Below are positions 7,685-16,914 of a stretch of DNA of 64,000 nt, one piece after another. Within the stretch, counting starts at the first letter, position 1. Each line of letters begins with the position of its first letter. This stretch comes from Myxococcota bacterium (GTDB taxonomy: Bacteria > Myxococcota_A > Polyangia > Polyangiales > Sandaracinaceae): assembly GCA_036149055.1 (NCBI GenBank), contig JAYZQJ010000079.1, positions 1 to 64,000 on the forward strand, given 5' to 3'. Both the position numbers and the translations under genes were made by a program. The notes beneath the pieces were generated by a model that worked only from the letters and a program-made list of their open reading frames with translations, made no database searches and had not been told where the DNA came from.

Positions 7685-10600
7685 GGGATCACCTTCCGCT
7701 CGCGGAGGCGCTCGACGAGCGCGTGGGTGATGAAGCGGTCGACCCGCAGCACGCCCTGGCGGCTCTCCTTCACCAGGCCCATGCGCCGCAGCGCGTCGAG
7801 CTGGCGATCGAGGTCGCGCCCCTCGAGGTCGGCGACCCGGACGAGCCGCTCCCGGGTCATGCGCTTGTGCAACAGGAGCTGCACGAGGAGCGCGGTCCAG
7901 TCGGCGCGCAGCCGGTCGAGGACCTCCCGGTCGCGTCGGCTCGGCGGGCGGATGGTGATGGTGCGGTCGTCGCCCTCCTCGACGTGCGTGATCCACGAGG
8001 TCAGCGCCGTCCCGACGAGGCCGCGGCTGTAGTCGAAGTGCTGCGAGAAGAGGCGCGCGAGCCGCCACTCGGAGAGCTCGCTCTCGGGCGTCCCGTCCAG
8101 CGAGAAGGTGATGCCGGTCGAGCCGTGCCGGAGGGTGACGATGTCCTTCAGCGCGTGCGCCGGGAGCGGTCCGCACTCCACCACCGCCAGCGCGTGGTCG
8201 GCGAGCGGCCGGAAGCGGTTGACCAGCTCGAACGCGAGGCTGCCCATCTCGAGGAGGAAGAGCACCCGCCCGGCGTGGGCCTCGATCAGCTCGATCAGGA
8301 GGTCGATCACCGCCAGCCCGTGCTCGCTCCGCTCCCACCAGAGCTCCACGTCCTCGATGACCAGCACGCTCCGCTCGGGGATGGTGCTGACGATCTCGTG
8401 CGCGGACCCGCTCACCCCGGTCACCTCGGAGAGCCGGCGGCGGAACACCTCGACGTCGGCCGCTCCGTCGTCGGGCGGCGGCACCCAGTGCAGCTCCCGG
8501 CCGGAGAGCGCCCGGCTCGTCAGCCGGCGGCAGAGCGCGGTCTTGCCGCTGTCCGGCTCGCCGGTGACGACGAGGATGCCGCGCCCGCCGCGCGCGTGCT
8601 GGGCGATGCCGCGCCGCGCCCGGGACAGCTCCTGCTCCCGCTCGACCCAGAAGGTCTCGTTGAAGGTGTTCTTCCCGAAGAAGAGCTGCCGGTAGTAGAA
8701 GGGCAGGTCCTCGAGCACGCTCGCCTTCGGCGTGTTGGCCTCGACGAAGCGCGACACCCGCTCGACCAGCGCGCCCGCCGTCTCCCCCTCGCGCAGCCGC
8801 CGGGCCATCAGCACGCCCGCGCTCCGCCCATAGATGGCCTGCACCAGCCCCTCGCGCGCCCGCTCCAGCCCCCGCAGCGCGAGCGACTGCGCGCCCGAGA
8901 CCGCGCGCTGCCCCTGGTGCCTCCGGATGTGCTGGCCGAGCTGCCGCGCCGACTCGGTGAGCTCGTACACGTCGGTCCCGCGCAGCACCGCCGCGAGCTT
9001 CGCCTCGAGCAGCTCGTCGACCGTCGGCACGATCTCCTCGAGCGGCGCGATCGCGCCCTCCACCCGCTGCCGGCCGTTCTCGACCACCGGGCGCATGTGG
9101 GCGTGGAAGCCGCCGCTCGACTCCTTCGGGTCGTACTCGTTCTGGTGGAAGCCGATCAGCCGCACGACGTCCTCGGCCACCCCGACCGACTGCTGCTCCT
9201 GCGGCGGCACCTCGGCGAGGAGCTGGCTCAGCGGGCCCACCAGCTGCGCGTCGAGCAGGAACTGCGCGAGCCGGCGGAGCGGCAGGTCGACCATCTCGAC
9301 CTCGTCGGCGTCGCCCTCCGCGAGGCGCTGGATCGACGCGTCGCTGAGCGTGCTGACCGACTCGGCGAGCTCGTTCGCCGAGCGCTGCCCCTCGCGCACC
9401 AGCGCGTCGACCGCCTGCACCGGATCGAAGCGATGCGAGAGATCGACGTTGAGCTTCAGCGGCTCGTCGCGCTCCTCCTCGAGGAAGGCGGAGAGCGCCT
9501 TCTTCAGCTCCTGCGTGCCGTGGAGCACGCCGTTCTTCACCTCGAGCGCGATCGCCTCCCGCGTGCGCTGCACGATGGTGGCGATGCGGTGCTGGAAGCC
9601 GCTGACCTCCAGGCCGATCTGGGCGCGCTCGAAGAGCGCCTTCTGGTGATCGTAGAAGACGCGGGCCTCGTCGAGGAGGCCGGTCTCGAGCGCCTCGCTC
9701 TGGCGGCTGAGCTTGCGCTGCGTCTTGAGGAGCTGCGGGAGATCGACCCGCTCGAGGTCGTCGGCGTAGCCCTGGCTGAGCGCGCGCGCCTCCTCCGCGA
9801 GCCGCGCCGCGTGCTCCTCGATGCGGTTCTCGTGGAGGCGCACCAGCTCGTGGAGGCGCTCCTTGGCGACCTCGCGCTCCGCCTCGACGAAGGTGCCGCG
9901 CGCGTCGTCGCTCTCGCTGCTGCCCTGGATGAGGGTCAGGCTCGTGCGCGACGCGTGGAAGACCTTCAGGAGCTGCACCGCGAGGTGCCAGCTGTCGGTC
10001 ACGAAGGCGCGCACCGTGTCGTCGACCGTCTCGACCGCCGCGTGGCTGACGTACCAGCGCTGGAGCGGCGCGGTCTCGACCTCCACCTTCACGATCCCGC
10101 CCTTGGCCTTGTCCCGGCGCGCGCGCTTGATCCGCGCCACCTCGCGCGAGTCGCTCGGGCTCGGCGCGAAGTCGCTCACCGGCCGCTCGAGCGTGACCAT
10201 CCCGTGGGGCTCGACGAGGGTGGCGTCTCCGAGCAGGGCGCGGACACGCCCCTCGAGGATGTCGCGCTGGTCGGGCAGGTCCTGGCGCAGGTAGTCGTCG
10301 ATGAGCTTGCGGCACTCGAGGAGGAACGCGCTCTGCACCCGGTTGACGTGGCGCCGGCGCTTCACCGGGTTGGGGATGGCGAGGCCCTCGGCGAGCACCC
10401 CGAAGTGGCGATCCACCATCGCCTCGGTGCGGGCGAGCAGCTCGAGGTTCCGGGCCCCGAGGCGGGCGCAGCTCTTGGCGTAGAAGTCCTGCAGCGTGCC
10501 CTCGAGGCGGTCGGCGAACGCGCGGGCCTCGTCCGCGAGCGGCTCGAAGGCCGGCGGGCGCAGCGACGTCAGCTCGATCGAGTCCCGGACGTCCGCGGCC

Positions 10601-12786
10601 TCCTCGGCGCCCTCGGCGGCCTCCTCGACCGGCGCCCGCACCACGCGCCCGACCGACTCGAACTGCGAGCTCGGCGCGACGAAGAGCACGGTCGGCACCG
10701 AGGTCCGCACCGTGTCGAGCGCCTCGAGGTGCTCACGCGTCGGCGGCGGGGGCAGCTCGACCACCGCCAGGGTCGCGTCCGCGGACCGGTCGCAGACGTG
10801 CCGCTCGAGCGGCTTCGGGTCGACGGTGTCGAGGATCACCTCGACGTCGGCGCTCACCCGCGCCTCCTCGAGCATGCGCCGGGTCGCGTTCCGGAGGCCG
10901 TCGCTCAGCGAGCTGTCGCGGCTGACGGTGATGAAGCGGACGTCGCTCTTGCGGTGCTCGGCGCTCGAGGTGATGAACCGGATCAGCGAGATGGAGAGCG
11001 CGGGCGTGCCGTCCGCGCGCCACCACACGTCGATGCGGGGCGGCGTGCCCGGCGGCGGCTCGTGGGTCGCGTCGGTGAAGAGCAGGGTGTTGAGGTCGAG
11101 CGCGCGCAGCTGATCGATGAGCTCGCTCAGGCGCGCGCCGTCCTCTGCGAAGCCGTCCCAGTCGATGAGCGCGGTGTTGGGCTCGATGCCCGAGTAGCCG
11201 TGGTGCGCGGCGAAGCGCTCCATCGTGCCGTACGGATCGTCGGTCTCGACCTCGCGCGAGAACACGCCTACCACCGGGCCCTCGTCGAGCGCGGCCGGCT
11301 CGTCCTGCGCGGCCCGCTCGCCTCGGGCGCGGAGGCGGATGTCGGTGAGCATGCCGTTGCCGGTGATCAGCGAGCCGGCGGTGCGCCGCAGGGCCTCGTG
11401 CCCCGAGCCGTCGTCGGGGCGGAACATCAGGATGTTCGGGCGCCAGTTCCGCTGCTGACGCTGGGCGAGCGCCAGGCGATGCAGGCCCGCGCGCACGAGC
11501 GTCGACCAGATGCCCTCCCACGCGTCGCCGGACTCGAGCTGGAGCTGGCGGCGCTGCAGGTAGACGAAGAGCGCGCTCATCACGACCAGCGCACCCGCCA
11601 TCGCCGCGAGGTCCATCTGGATCATCAGCAGCAGGCAGACGAACGCGCCGACCACGCTGATGGTCTTCGGGATGCGGAAGTCGGGGCGGAAGTCGGGGCT
11701 GACCCAGCTCTCGATGGCGGCGGCGAGGTTCAGGAAGCCGTACGTGGCCATGAAGACCATCGAGACGACCCGGGCGATCACGTCGAGCTCCGCGATCAGG
11801 ATGCCGGCCCAGCCGATGGCGAAGGCGAGCAGCAGCGCGTTCCGCGGCTCGTTGGTCTTGCCGTGGCCCTTCGCGAACCAGCGCGGCGTGATCCCGTCGC
11901 TGCTGATCGTCTGGAGGATGCGCGGCGCGCCCAGGATGCTGCCGAGCGCCGAGGACAGCGTCGCGCCCCAGATGCCCGCGGTGACGAGCGGCGCCCACAG
12001 CGACATCTCCTCGAGGATGCGCGGGTTGTCGGTCAGCGACGCGGCCGGCACCCGGAACGCGAGGAACGCGGCCAGCGCGAGGTAGACGGCGAGGCCCACG
12101 AAGATCGCGGCCATGGTCCCCGTCGGGATCGACTGCTTCGGGTCGCGGAGATCGCCCGACATGTTGACGCCGGCGGTGAAGCCGGTGACCGCCGGGAAGA
12201 AGATGCCGAAGAGCACCGCGAACGACGCGCCCTCGGGCGGCGTGCCGATGAGCGGCTCCGGGTTCTCGGGGGGCGAGCCGAAGAAGATCGAGATCAACGA
12301 GAGCGCGATCGCGCCGAGGATCAGGTACTGCGTCTTGATCGCGAGCGACGTGCTGATGAACGTGATCACGGTCAGCAGGACGACGGTGATCGTGCCGCAG
12401 ACCCGGATCGCGGTCGGCGTCACCTCCATGCCGACCACGGCGAGGAAGCTCTCGGAGAAGCCGATGATGTAGAGGCTGATGCTGAACGAGAGCCCGAGGA
12501 AGAGCGCGAGCCCGAGCGTGCCGCCGATCGGGAGCCCGAGGCTCCGCGAGACGATGTAGTACGGACCGCCGGCGCCGACGCTCTTGTCGGTGGCGATCGA
12601 GGAGATGCTCAAGCCGGTGCACACGCTGACGATGTGCGCGAGCACGATGATCGCGAAGGCGAGCGCGAGCCCCGAGTTGCCCACCACCCAGGGCAGGCGC
12701 AGGTACATGATGACGCCGAGGATCGTCAGGATCGACGGCGTGAAGACGCCCCCGAACGTGCCGAACTTGCTGTCGCTCTTCGCCAC
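7681..12786 (-). CDS. SLC12/cation-chloride cotransporter-like permease fused to a helical region, P-loop ATPase and winged-helix (1701 aa)
   Basis: KFGTFGGVF, LGVIMYLRL, GGPYYIVSRSLG, FFPAVTG..AGVNMSGDL, NWRPNIL, IDVWW; Walker A GEPDSGKT, Walker B-like VLVIEDVE; C-terminal HTH-like segment. Confidence 0.88.
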   Translation of the reverse strand: MAKSDSKFGTFGGVFTPSILTILGVIMYLRLPWVVGNSGLALAFAIIVLAHIVSVCTGLSISSIATDKSVGAGGPYYIVSRSLGLPIGGTLGLALFLGLSFSISLYIIGFSESFLAVVGMEVTPTAIRVCGTITVVLLTVITFISTSLAIKTQYLILGAIALSLISIFFGSPPENPEPLIGTPPEGASFAVLFGIFFPAVTGFTAGVNMSGDLRDPKQSIPTGTMAAIFVGLAVYLALAAFLAFRVPAASLTDNPRILEEMSLWAPLVTAGIWGATLSSALGSILGAPRILQTISSDGITPRWFAKGHGKTNEPRNALLLAFAIGWAGILIAELDVIARVVSMVFMATYGFLNLAAAIESWVSPDFRPDFRIPKTISVVGAFVCLLLMIQMDLAAMAGALVVMSALFVYLQRRQLQLESGDAWEGIWSTLVRAGLHRLALAQRQQRNWRPNILMFRPDDGSGHEALRRTAGSLITGNGMLTDIRLRARGERAAQDEPAALDEGPVVGVFSREVETDDPYGTMERFAAHHGYSGIEPNTALIDWDGFAEDGARLSELIDQLRALDLNTLLFTDATHEPPPGTPPRIDVWWRADGTPALSISLIRFITSSAEHRKSDVRFITVSRDSSLSDGLRNATRRMLEEARVSADVEVILDTVDPKPLERHVCDRSADATLAVVELPPPPTREHLEALDTVRTSVPTVLFVAPSSQFESVGRVVRAPVEEAAEGAEEAADVRDSIELTSLRPPAFEPLADEARAFADRLEGTLQDFYAKSCARLGARNLELLARTEAMVDRHFGVLAEGLAIPNPVKRRRHVNRVQSAFLLECRKLIDDYLRQDLPDQRDILEGRVRALLGDATLVEPHGMVTLERPVSDFAPSPSDSREVARIKRARRDKAKGGIVKVEVETAPLQRWYVSHAAVETVDDTVRAFVTDSWHLAVQLLKVFHASRTSLTLIQGSSESDDARGTFVEAEREVAKERLHELVRLHENRIEEHAARLAEEARALSQGYADDLERVDLPQLLKTQRKLSRQSEALETGLLDEARVFYDHQKALFERAQIGLEVSGFQHRIATIVQRTREAIALEVKNGVLHGTQELKKALSAFLEEERDEPLKLNVDLSHRFDPVQAVDALVREGQRSANELAESVSTLSDASIQRLAEGDADEVEMVDLPLRRLAQFLLDAQLVGPLSQLLAEVPPQEQQSVGVAEDVVRLIGFHQNEYDPKESSGGFHAHMRPVVENGRQRVEGAIAPLEEIVPTVDELLEAKLAAVLRGTDVYELTESARQLGQHIRRHQGQRAVSGAQSLALRGLERAREGLVQAIYGRSAGVLMARRLREGETAGALVERVSRFVEANTPKASVLEDLPFYYRQLFFGKNTFNETFWVEREQELSRARRGIAQHARGGRGILVVTGEPDSGKTALCRRLTSRALSGRELHWVPPPDDGAADVEVFRRRLSEVTGVSGSAHEIVSTIPERSVLVIEDVELWWERSEHGLAVIDLLIELIEAHAGRVLFLLEMGSLAFELVNRFRPLADHALAVVECGPLPAHALKDIVTLRHGSTGITFSLDGTPESELSEWRLARLFSQHFDYSRGLVGTALTSWITHVEEGDDRTITIRPPSRRDREVLDRLRADWTALLVQLLLHKRMTRERLVRVADLEGRDLDRQLDALRRMGLVKESRQGVLRVDRFITHALVERLRERKVIP

Positions 12787-12828
12787 CCGGGGCCGAGCAT
12801 ATCGTGATCTGGCGTCGGGATTGTCCCC

Positions 12829-12870
12829 GAAACGCGAACGCGCCCGCTCCGGGAGGAGCGAGCGCGTTCG
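12829..12870 (-). terminator. Probable intrinsic terminator of the sigma factor gene
   Basis: Stem cgaacgcgc(c)cgctcc / ggagcg(a)gcgcgttcg with 4-nt loop, followed by cgtttc on the minus strand. Confidence 0.65.
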
Positions 12871-12903
12871 AGCGGACGGAGCGCGCGAGCGCCAGGCCCC
12901 TAC

Positions 12904-14625
12904 TCAGACCTCGGCGAAGTCCTCGAGGATGCCGCCGCGCGCCTCGCGGAGCTTCTTGAGGGCCTGCACCTGGAGCTGACGGATCCGCTCGCGGCTGAGG
13001 CCGAACTTGTCGCCCACGTCCGTGAGGGTGTGCTCCTCCTCGCCGTCCATGCCGAACCGCATCCGGAGGATCTCCTTCTCGCGGTCCGTCAACGTCTCGA
13101 GCACCGCGCGCATGGTCATCTCGAGCGAGTCGTCGACCAGCGGCTGCATGGGCGTCGCCTGATCGGGGTCGACCACCAGGTCACCGAGGGTGGACGAGCC
13201 GTCCTCGCCGACCGGGATGTCGAGGCTCACGGTGTCCCGCATCGCCTCGAGCAGCTCCTGCACCCGGCGCTCGGGCATCTGGAGCTTCTTGCCGATCTCC
13301 TTGGCCGTCGGCGCGCGCCCCAGCTTCGGGGACATCTCGCCGATCGTGCGCATCACGCGGTGGAAACGCTCGAGCGCGTTGACCGGGATGCGGATGGTGC
13401 GCCCCTGCTCCTGCGTCGCGCGGTTCATCGACTGCCGGATCCACCAGCCCGCGTAGGTCGAGAGGCGGAAGCCCTTGTGGTAGTCGAACTTCTCGACCGC
13501 GCGCATCAGGCCCATGTTGCCCTCCTGGATGAGGTCCAGGAACGGCAGGCCACGGTTGCGGTACTGCTTGGCGATGCTGACGACCAGGCGGAGGTTCGCC
13601 TCGACCATCTCGCTCTTGGCGTGGTCGACGTCGGCGAGCGCTCGGCGGAGCGCCTTCACCGTGTCGCGCACCACAGCGAGCGGCTGGCCGGCGTCCTCCT
13701 CGATGCGACGCACGACGCGGCGGGCGTCACGGATGGCGCGCACCGCGCCCTCGTCGGCGCCGCGCTTGCGGAGCCGATCGATCTGCGCCGGCGTGAGCTG
13801 CACCGCCTCGTCGAACCCGATCGCGAGGCGACCGACCGCGCGTCGGATGGTGCGCTCGCTGCGCTCGACCTGGCGGAGGTAGTTCTCGAGCCGGTTGGTG
13901 ATCCGCTCGAGGCGCTTCTCGTGGAAGTCGATCGAGCAGAGGACCTGCGCGCGCTCCTCGACCAGCGCCTCGCGCTTGCTGCCGCGGGCCGATCGCATGC
14001 GATGCTCCACGTCCATGACGCGGCGCAGCTTGGCGACGGTGTCCTCGAACGCCTGAGCCTCCTCTTCGGTGCCCTTGCGCAGGTTCTCCGCCACGACCTC
14101 GCGCACGCTCATCTCGCCGTTCTCCATGCGCTGGAGCATCTCGCTGAGCTCCGGCATGCGGATCGACGTGCGCCACAGGAGATCGAGCACGACCGCGCGG
14201 CCCTTCTCGATCTGCCGCGCGAGCTCGATCTCGCCGTCACGCGTGAGCAGCGCGACGTCACCGAGCTTGCCGAGGTAGCGCTCGATGCTGTCGAGCTGGT
14301 TCTTCGACGACCGGTAGCCGCGGCTCTGACCGCGCGCCTTGTCCGGCTTGGAGCCGTCCGTCACCGAGAGCCCGATCCCGAGCTCCTCGAGCTCGCGAAG
14401 GGCGCGCGGAACGGCACGCTCGAGGTCCGGCTCCCCCGCCAAGGAGGCCGACACTTCGTCGTAAGTCAAAAAGCCACGGTTCTTTCCCTTGGCGAGGAGG
14501 GCCTCACCGAGGATGGTCGCGTTGGGCTTTCGGTTGTACTGCTTCAAGGGGTCCCTGCCTTCCTCCACGCCCCCGCCGAGACGGTGACGGGACGAATGGT
14601 TGTTGGGTCGACGATGCTCCGACAT
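12904..14625 (-). CDS. RpoD-like sigma-70 factor (probably a non-primary paralog)
   Basis: Region 1.1 GFLTYDEV; 1.2 [20 protein letters not shown]; region 2 [32 protein letters not shown]; region 4 [10 protein letters not shown]-like ggggaaga before ATG. Confidence 0.92.
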   Translation of the reverse strand: MSEHRRPNNHSSRHRLGGGVEEGRDPLKQYNRKPNATILGEALLAKGKNRGFLTYDEVSASLAGEPDLERAVPRALRELEELGIGLSVTDGSKPDKARGQSRGYRSSKNQLDSIERYLGKLGDVALLTRDGEIELARQIEKGRAVVLDLLWRTSIRMPELSEMLQRMENGEMSVREVVAENLRKGTEEEAQAFEDTVAKLRRVMDVEHRMRSARGSKREALVEERAQVLCSIDFHEKRLERITNRLENYLRQVERSERTIRRAVGRLAIGFDEAVQLTPAQIDRLRKRGADEGAVRAIRDARRVVRRIEEDAGQPLAVVRDTVKALRRALADVDHAKSEMVEANLRLVVSIAKQYRNRGLPFLDLIQEGNMGLMRAVEKFDYHKGFRLSTYAGWWIRQSMNRATQEQGRTIRIPVNALERFHRVMRTIGEMSPKLGRAPTAKEIGKKLQMPERRVQELLEAMRDTVSLDIPVGEDGSSTLGDLVVDPDQATPMQPLVDDSLEMTMRAVLETLTDREKEILRMRFGMDGEEEHTLTDVGDKFGLSRERIRQLQVQALKKLREARGGILEDFAEV

Positions 14626-14867
14626 GTTCTTCCCCCATGATCCTTGGGGCCGAAACGGGGGACGCACAGTCCTGAGACGGACGATGCGCCTTGGCGTTCC
14701 AACGCGCTGGTCTCGAAGGGGATGTAAGCTCCGTGGGGGCCACGCCAAATCGGGCGGCTGTGGCGTATCCGCACGGCGCGCCAGGCCTCCGCCACCCCCG
14801 ATTTCTTCGGAGGGGTCCTCATCGTGGGACTCGAAGACGGATTCCTCGGCGTCTGTTCAGTGGTGAC

Positions 14868-14896
14868 AACGTAAGAACGCAAACGGCGCCTGTAAA
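14868..14896 (-). promoter_or_regulatory. Putative sigma70-type promoter of the sigma factor gene
   Basis: Minus strand TTTACA-17 bp-TACGTT in an AT-enriched patch. Confidence 0.55.
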
Positions 14897-15010
14897 CCCC
14901 CCGGCCCGATGTGGGCCACGAGAGGAGTACGGGCGAGCAACCGGATCGTTTCACGCCCACGTCCGCGGATTCATCCGCCACCCACCCTCAACCGGGGTGG
15001 AGGCGGCCCT

Positions 15011-15046
15011 GTTCCCCTGGAGGGGTCAGTTCCCCTGCCGGGGTCA
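15011..15046. repeat. Tandem 18-bp direct repeat, each copy a small inverted repeat
   Basis: gttcccctggaggggtca + gttcccctgccggggtca. Confidence 0.75.
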
Positions 15047-15631
15047 GCGGCGCTCGACCGCGATCACGTAGCGCGCGGGGTCGAGGCTGTGGTCGGTGAA
15101 GACGAAGAGCGTTCCGTCGGCGCAGCGGTAGCGCTCGCCGCCGCCCTCGGTCCACACGCAGGAGCCGATGGCGTCCCGCATCGCGTGGATGTGAGCGTCG
15201 ACGTCGAACACCTGACCGCCGAGGCGGACGCGCTCGAGCGCGCCCAGGTGCGCCTCGACGCGCCTCACGCCCTCGTCGTCGAGCCAGACTCGGTAAGGGC
15301 CGAACCTGGCGCTCCGCGAGTCACGCGCTCCCTCCGGGAGCCCGAGCGCGCGCACGTCGTCTTCGCTCATCCCGATGCGGATCGGGCCGAGAGACGTCCC
15401 CGCCTCCACGGCCACCGGCTCGGGAGCGGGCGGCGCGGGGGGCGGGCTCTCCGGGGTCGCGACCTCCGGAGGTGGCTCCTCCGTCGGCGTCGGCCCCGGC
15501 GGCTGGGGCTCGGTGGGGTCCTCGGTCTCGACGCGCGGCCGGGACGGCTCGGGCTCGGGGGTCTCGGGCGCGCCGCAGCCGATCGCGGTGATCAGCGCGA
15601 GCGCGAAGACGTGGAGCGAGGCGGGCCGCAT
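15044..15631 (-). CDS. Hypothetical lipoprotein with Pro-rich linker
   Basis: Signal peptide ending AIGC; PE/PT-rich linker; GTSLGPIRIGMS motif. Confidence 0.75.
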   Translation of the reverse strand: MRPASLHVFALALITAIGCGAPETPEPEPSRPRVETEDPTEPQPPGPTPTEEPPPEVATPESPPPAPPAPEPVAVEAGTSLGPIRIGMSEDDVRALGLPEGARDSRSARFGPYRVWLDDEGVRRVEAHLGALERVRLGGQVFDVDAHIHAMRDAIGSCVWTEGGGERYRCADGTLFVFTDHSLDPARYVIAVERR

Positions 15632-15701
15632 CGAGGGCGACTCATACCGCGGCGTGCAGTCGAACGCACGCGCCGGCGACGAGCCGAGAGCCCGACCGCG
15701 T

Positions 15702-16010
15702 TCAGGCGAACGCGGCGCGCACGGAATCGTCGTAGTTGAGCCAGCTGTCCTTCTCGGTCAGCAGCTCCTCCGCGATCTCTTGCACCTTCTCCTGCGCTTG
15801 ATCGACTTCGGGGAGGGTGAAGACTTCGGAGGGGCCCGTGCGGTTGGGATTCCACTTGATGAACACGTTGGCCTTCGGGAACTCGTCCTTCAGGCGCTTG
15901 CGAAGCTCGATCTGGAAGTCACGCGCGCTGACGTCGCGCAGAAGCCCGACGGGGTCCACGTCGCGGAAGAGATCGGCGTTGGCGGTGTAGTCGATGGTGG
16001 TGAGAGACAA
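15702..16010 (-). CDS. Small hypothetical protein (102 aa)
   Basis: TTG start after aaggaatcaggag; balanced globular composition unlike the shadow ORFs. Confidence 0.75.
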   Translation of the reverse strand: MSLTTIDYTANADLFRDVDPVGLLRDVSARDFQIELRKRLKDEFPKANVFIKWNPNRTGPSEVFTLPEVDQAQEKVQEIAEELLTEKDSWLNYDDSVRAAFA

Positions 16011-16040
16011 ACTCCTGATTCCTTTCGTAGTCGAGTCTCC

Positions 16041-16069
16041 GTACTAACTCCATGACCGCGCTTTCGCAA
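16041..16069 (-). promoter_or_regulatory. Possible promoter of the 102-aa gene
   Basis: TTGCGA-17 bp-TAGTAC on the minus strand. Confidence 0.35.
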
Positions 16070-16104
16070 TGATTCGCGTGCGACACACCACGCGCGAACG
16101 CGGC

Positions 16105-16914
16105 TCAGAGATCGTCGTCGACGTCGGCGATCGCCGCGAGAGACGCGAGCCCCAATCGCAACGCAGCTTGCAGGACGGCCGCCTCGGGAGAGCGACGGGA
16201 GCGCGCGGGGTCGACCACCTCGCGGGGGAGGGTGGGAGCGAGCGCGCGCGCCCGGTCGACGAGGTTGCGCGGGACCTCGAGCTGCAGCGTCCCCGGGTCG
16301 GCGGGGATCCGCACGAGCTCCGACGGCGCGCTGATCACGGTGTCGTGAGGCGCCATCTCCGTCGCGCCGGCGGGATCGACGGGGACCTTCAGCGGCTTGC
16401 GCTTGCGGCGCGCGTGCGGCTCGGGCGTCGGCGGCTGCGCTCGCAGAGGCTGGGCCCGGGGAGGCTGGGGCCTGGGAGAAAGGGGCCGCGACGGGGCGGC
16501 GATCGGCCGCTTGGGCGGGGGCGGCGCGCTGGGCTTCGGGTTGCTGGGCGGCGGGATGGAGTCGAACACCGGCAGCGGCGGCGCCTCCTCTTCCTTCGGG
16601 AGGATCGGCTGGCTCCCGGTGACCTCTCCGCCCTGCCGCGCGAGCAGGACGCGCTCGTACATGATCTCGTTCTTCTCGTCGAACTGGAGCAGCGAGAGCG
16701 TCAGTCGTCCGTTCTGCCGTCCCTGCGCGCGGCCGACGCCCTCGAGCACCGAGGTGCCGTCGGCGAGCTGCACGGCGAAGCGGACCCACTCGCCGTCGGC
16801 GATCGAGCGCTCGCACGGGAGCCGCACCGCGGTGTCGTCGACGTGGTTGGCGAGCTCCTCGACCGCGTCGGCCACCTCCGACCATCGAGTGCGGTGCTCG
16901 AGGACCTCGCTCAC
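16105..16914 (-). CDS. Hypothetical protein, possible PilZ-like N-terminal domain plus Pro-rich linker
   Basis: GTGA overlap with carboxypeptidase; beta-rich GEWVRFAVQLADG..VLEGVGR segment. Confidence 0.65.
   Translation of the reverse strand: MSEVLEHRTRWSEVADAVEELANHVDDTAVRLPCERSIADGEWVRFAVQLADGTSVLEGVGRAQGRQNGRLTLSLLQFDEKNEIMYERVLLARQGGEVTGSQPILPKEEEAPPLPVFDSIPPPSNPKPSAPPPPKRPIAAPSRPLSPRPQPPRAQPLRAQPPTPEPHARRKRKPLKVPVDPAGATEMAPHDTVISAPSELVRIPADPGTLQLEVPRNLVDRARALAPTLPREVVDPARSRRSPEAAVLQAALRLGLASLAAIADVDDDL

Noticed and set aside
7723..12807. 1694-aa plus-strand ORF and other very long Arg/Ala/Gly-rich ORFs (e.g. 34077-37994, 57129-61133)
   Set aside because: Antisense or alternate-frame shadows of real genes, expected at this GC content; no motifs.
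14640..14690. Hammerhead-like cgaaac...ctgaga segment
   Set aside because: The core does not match CUGAnGA and the required stems are absent.
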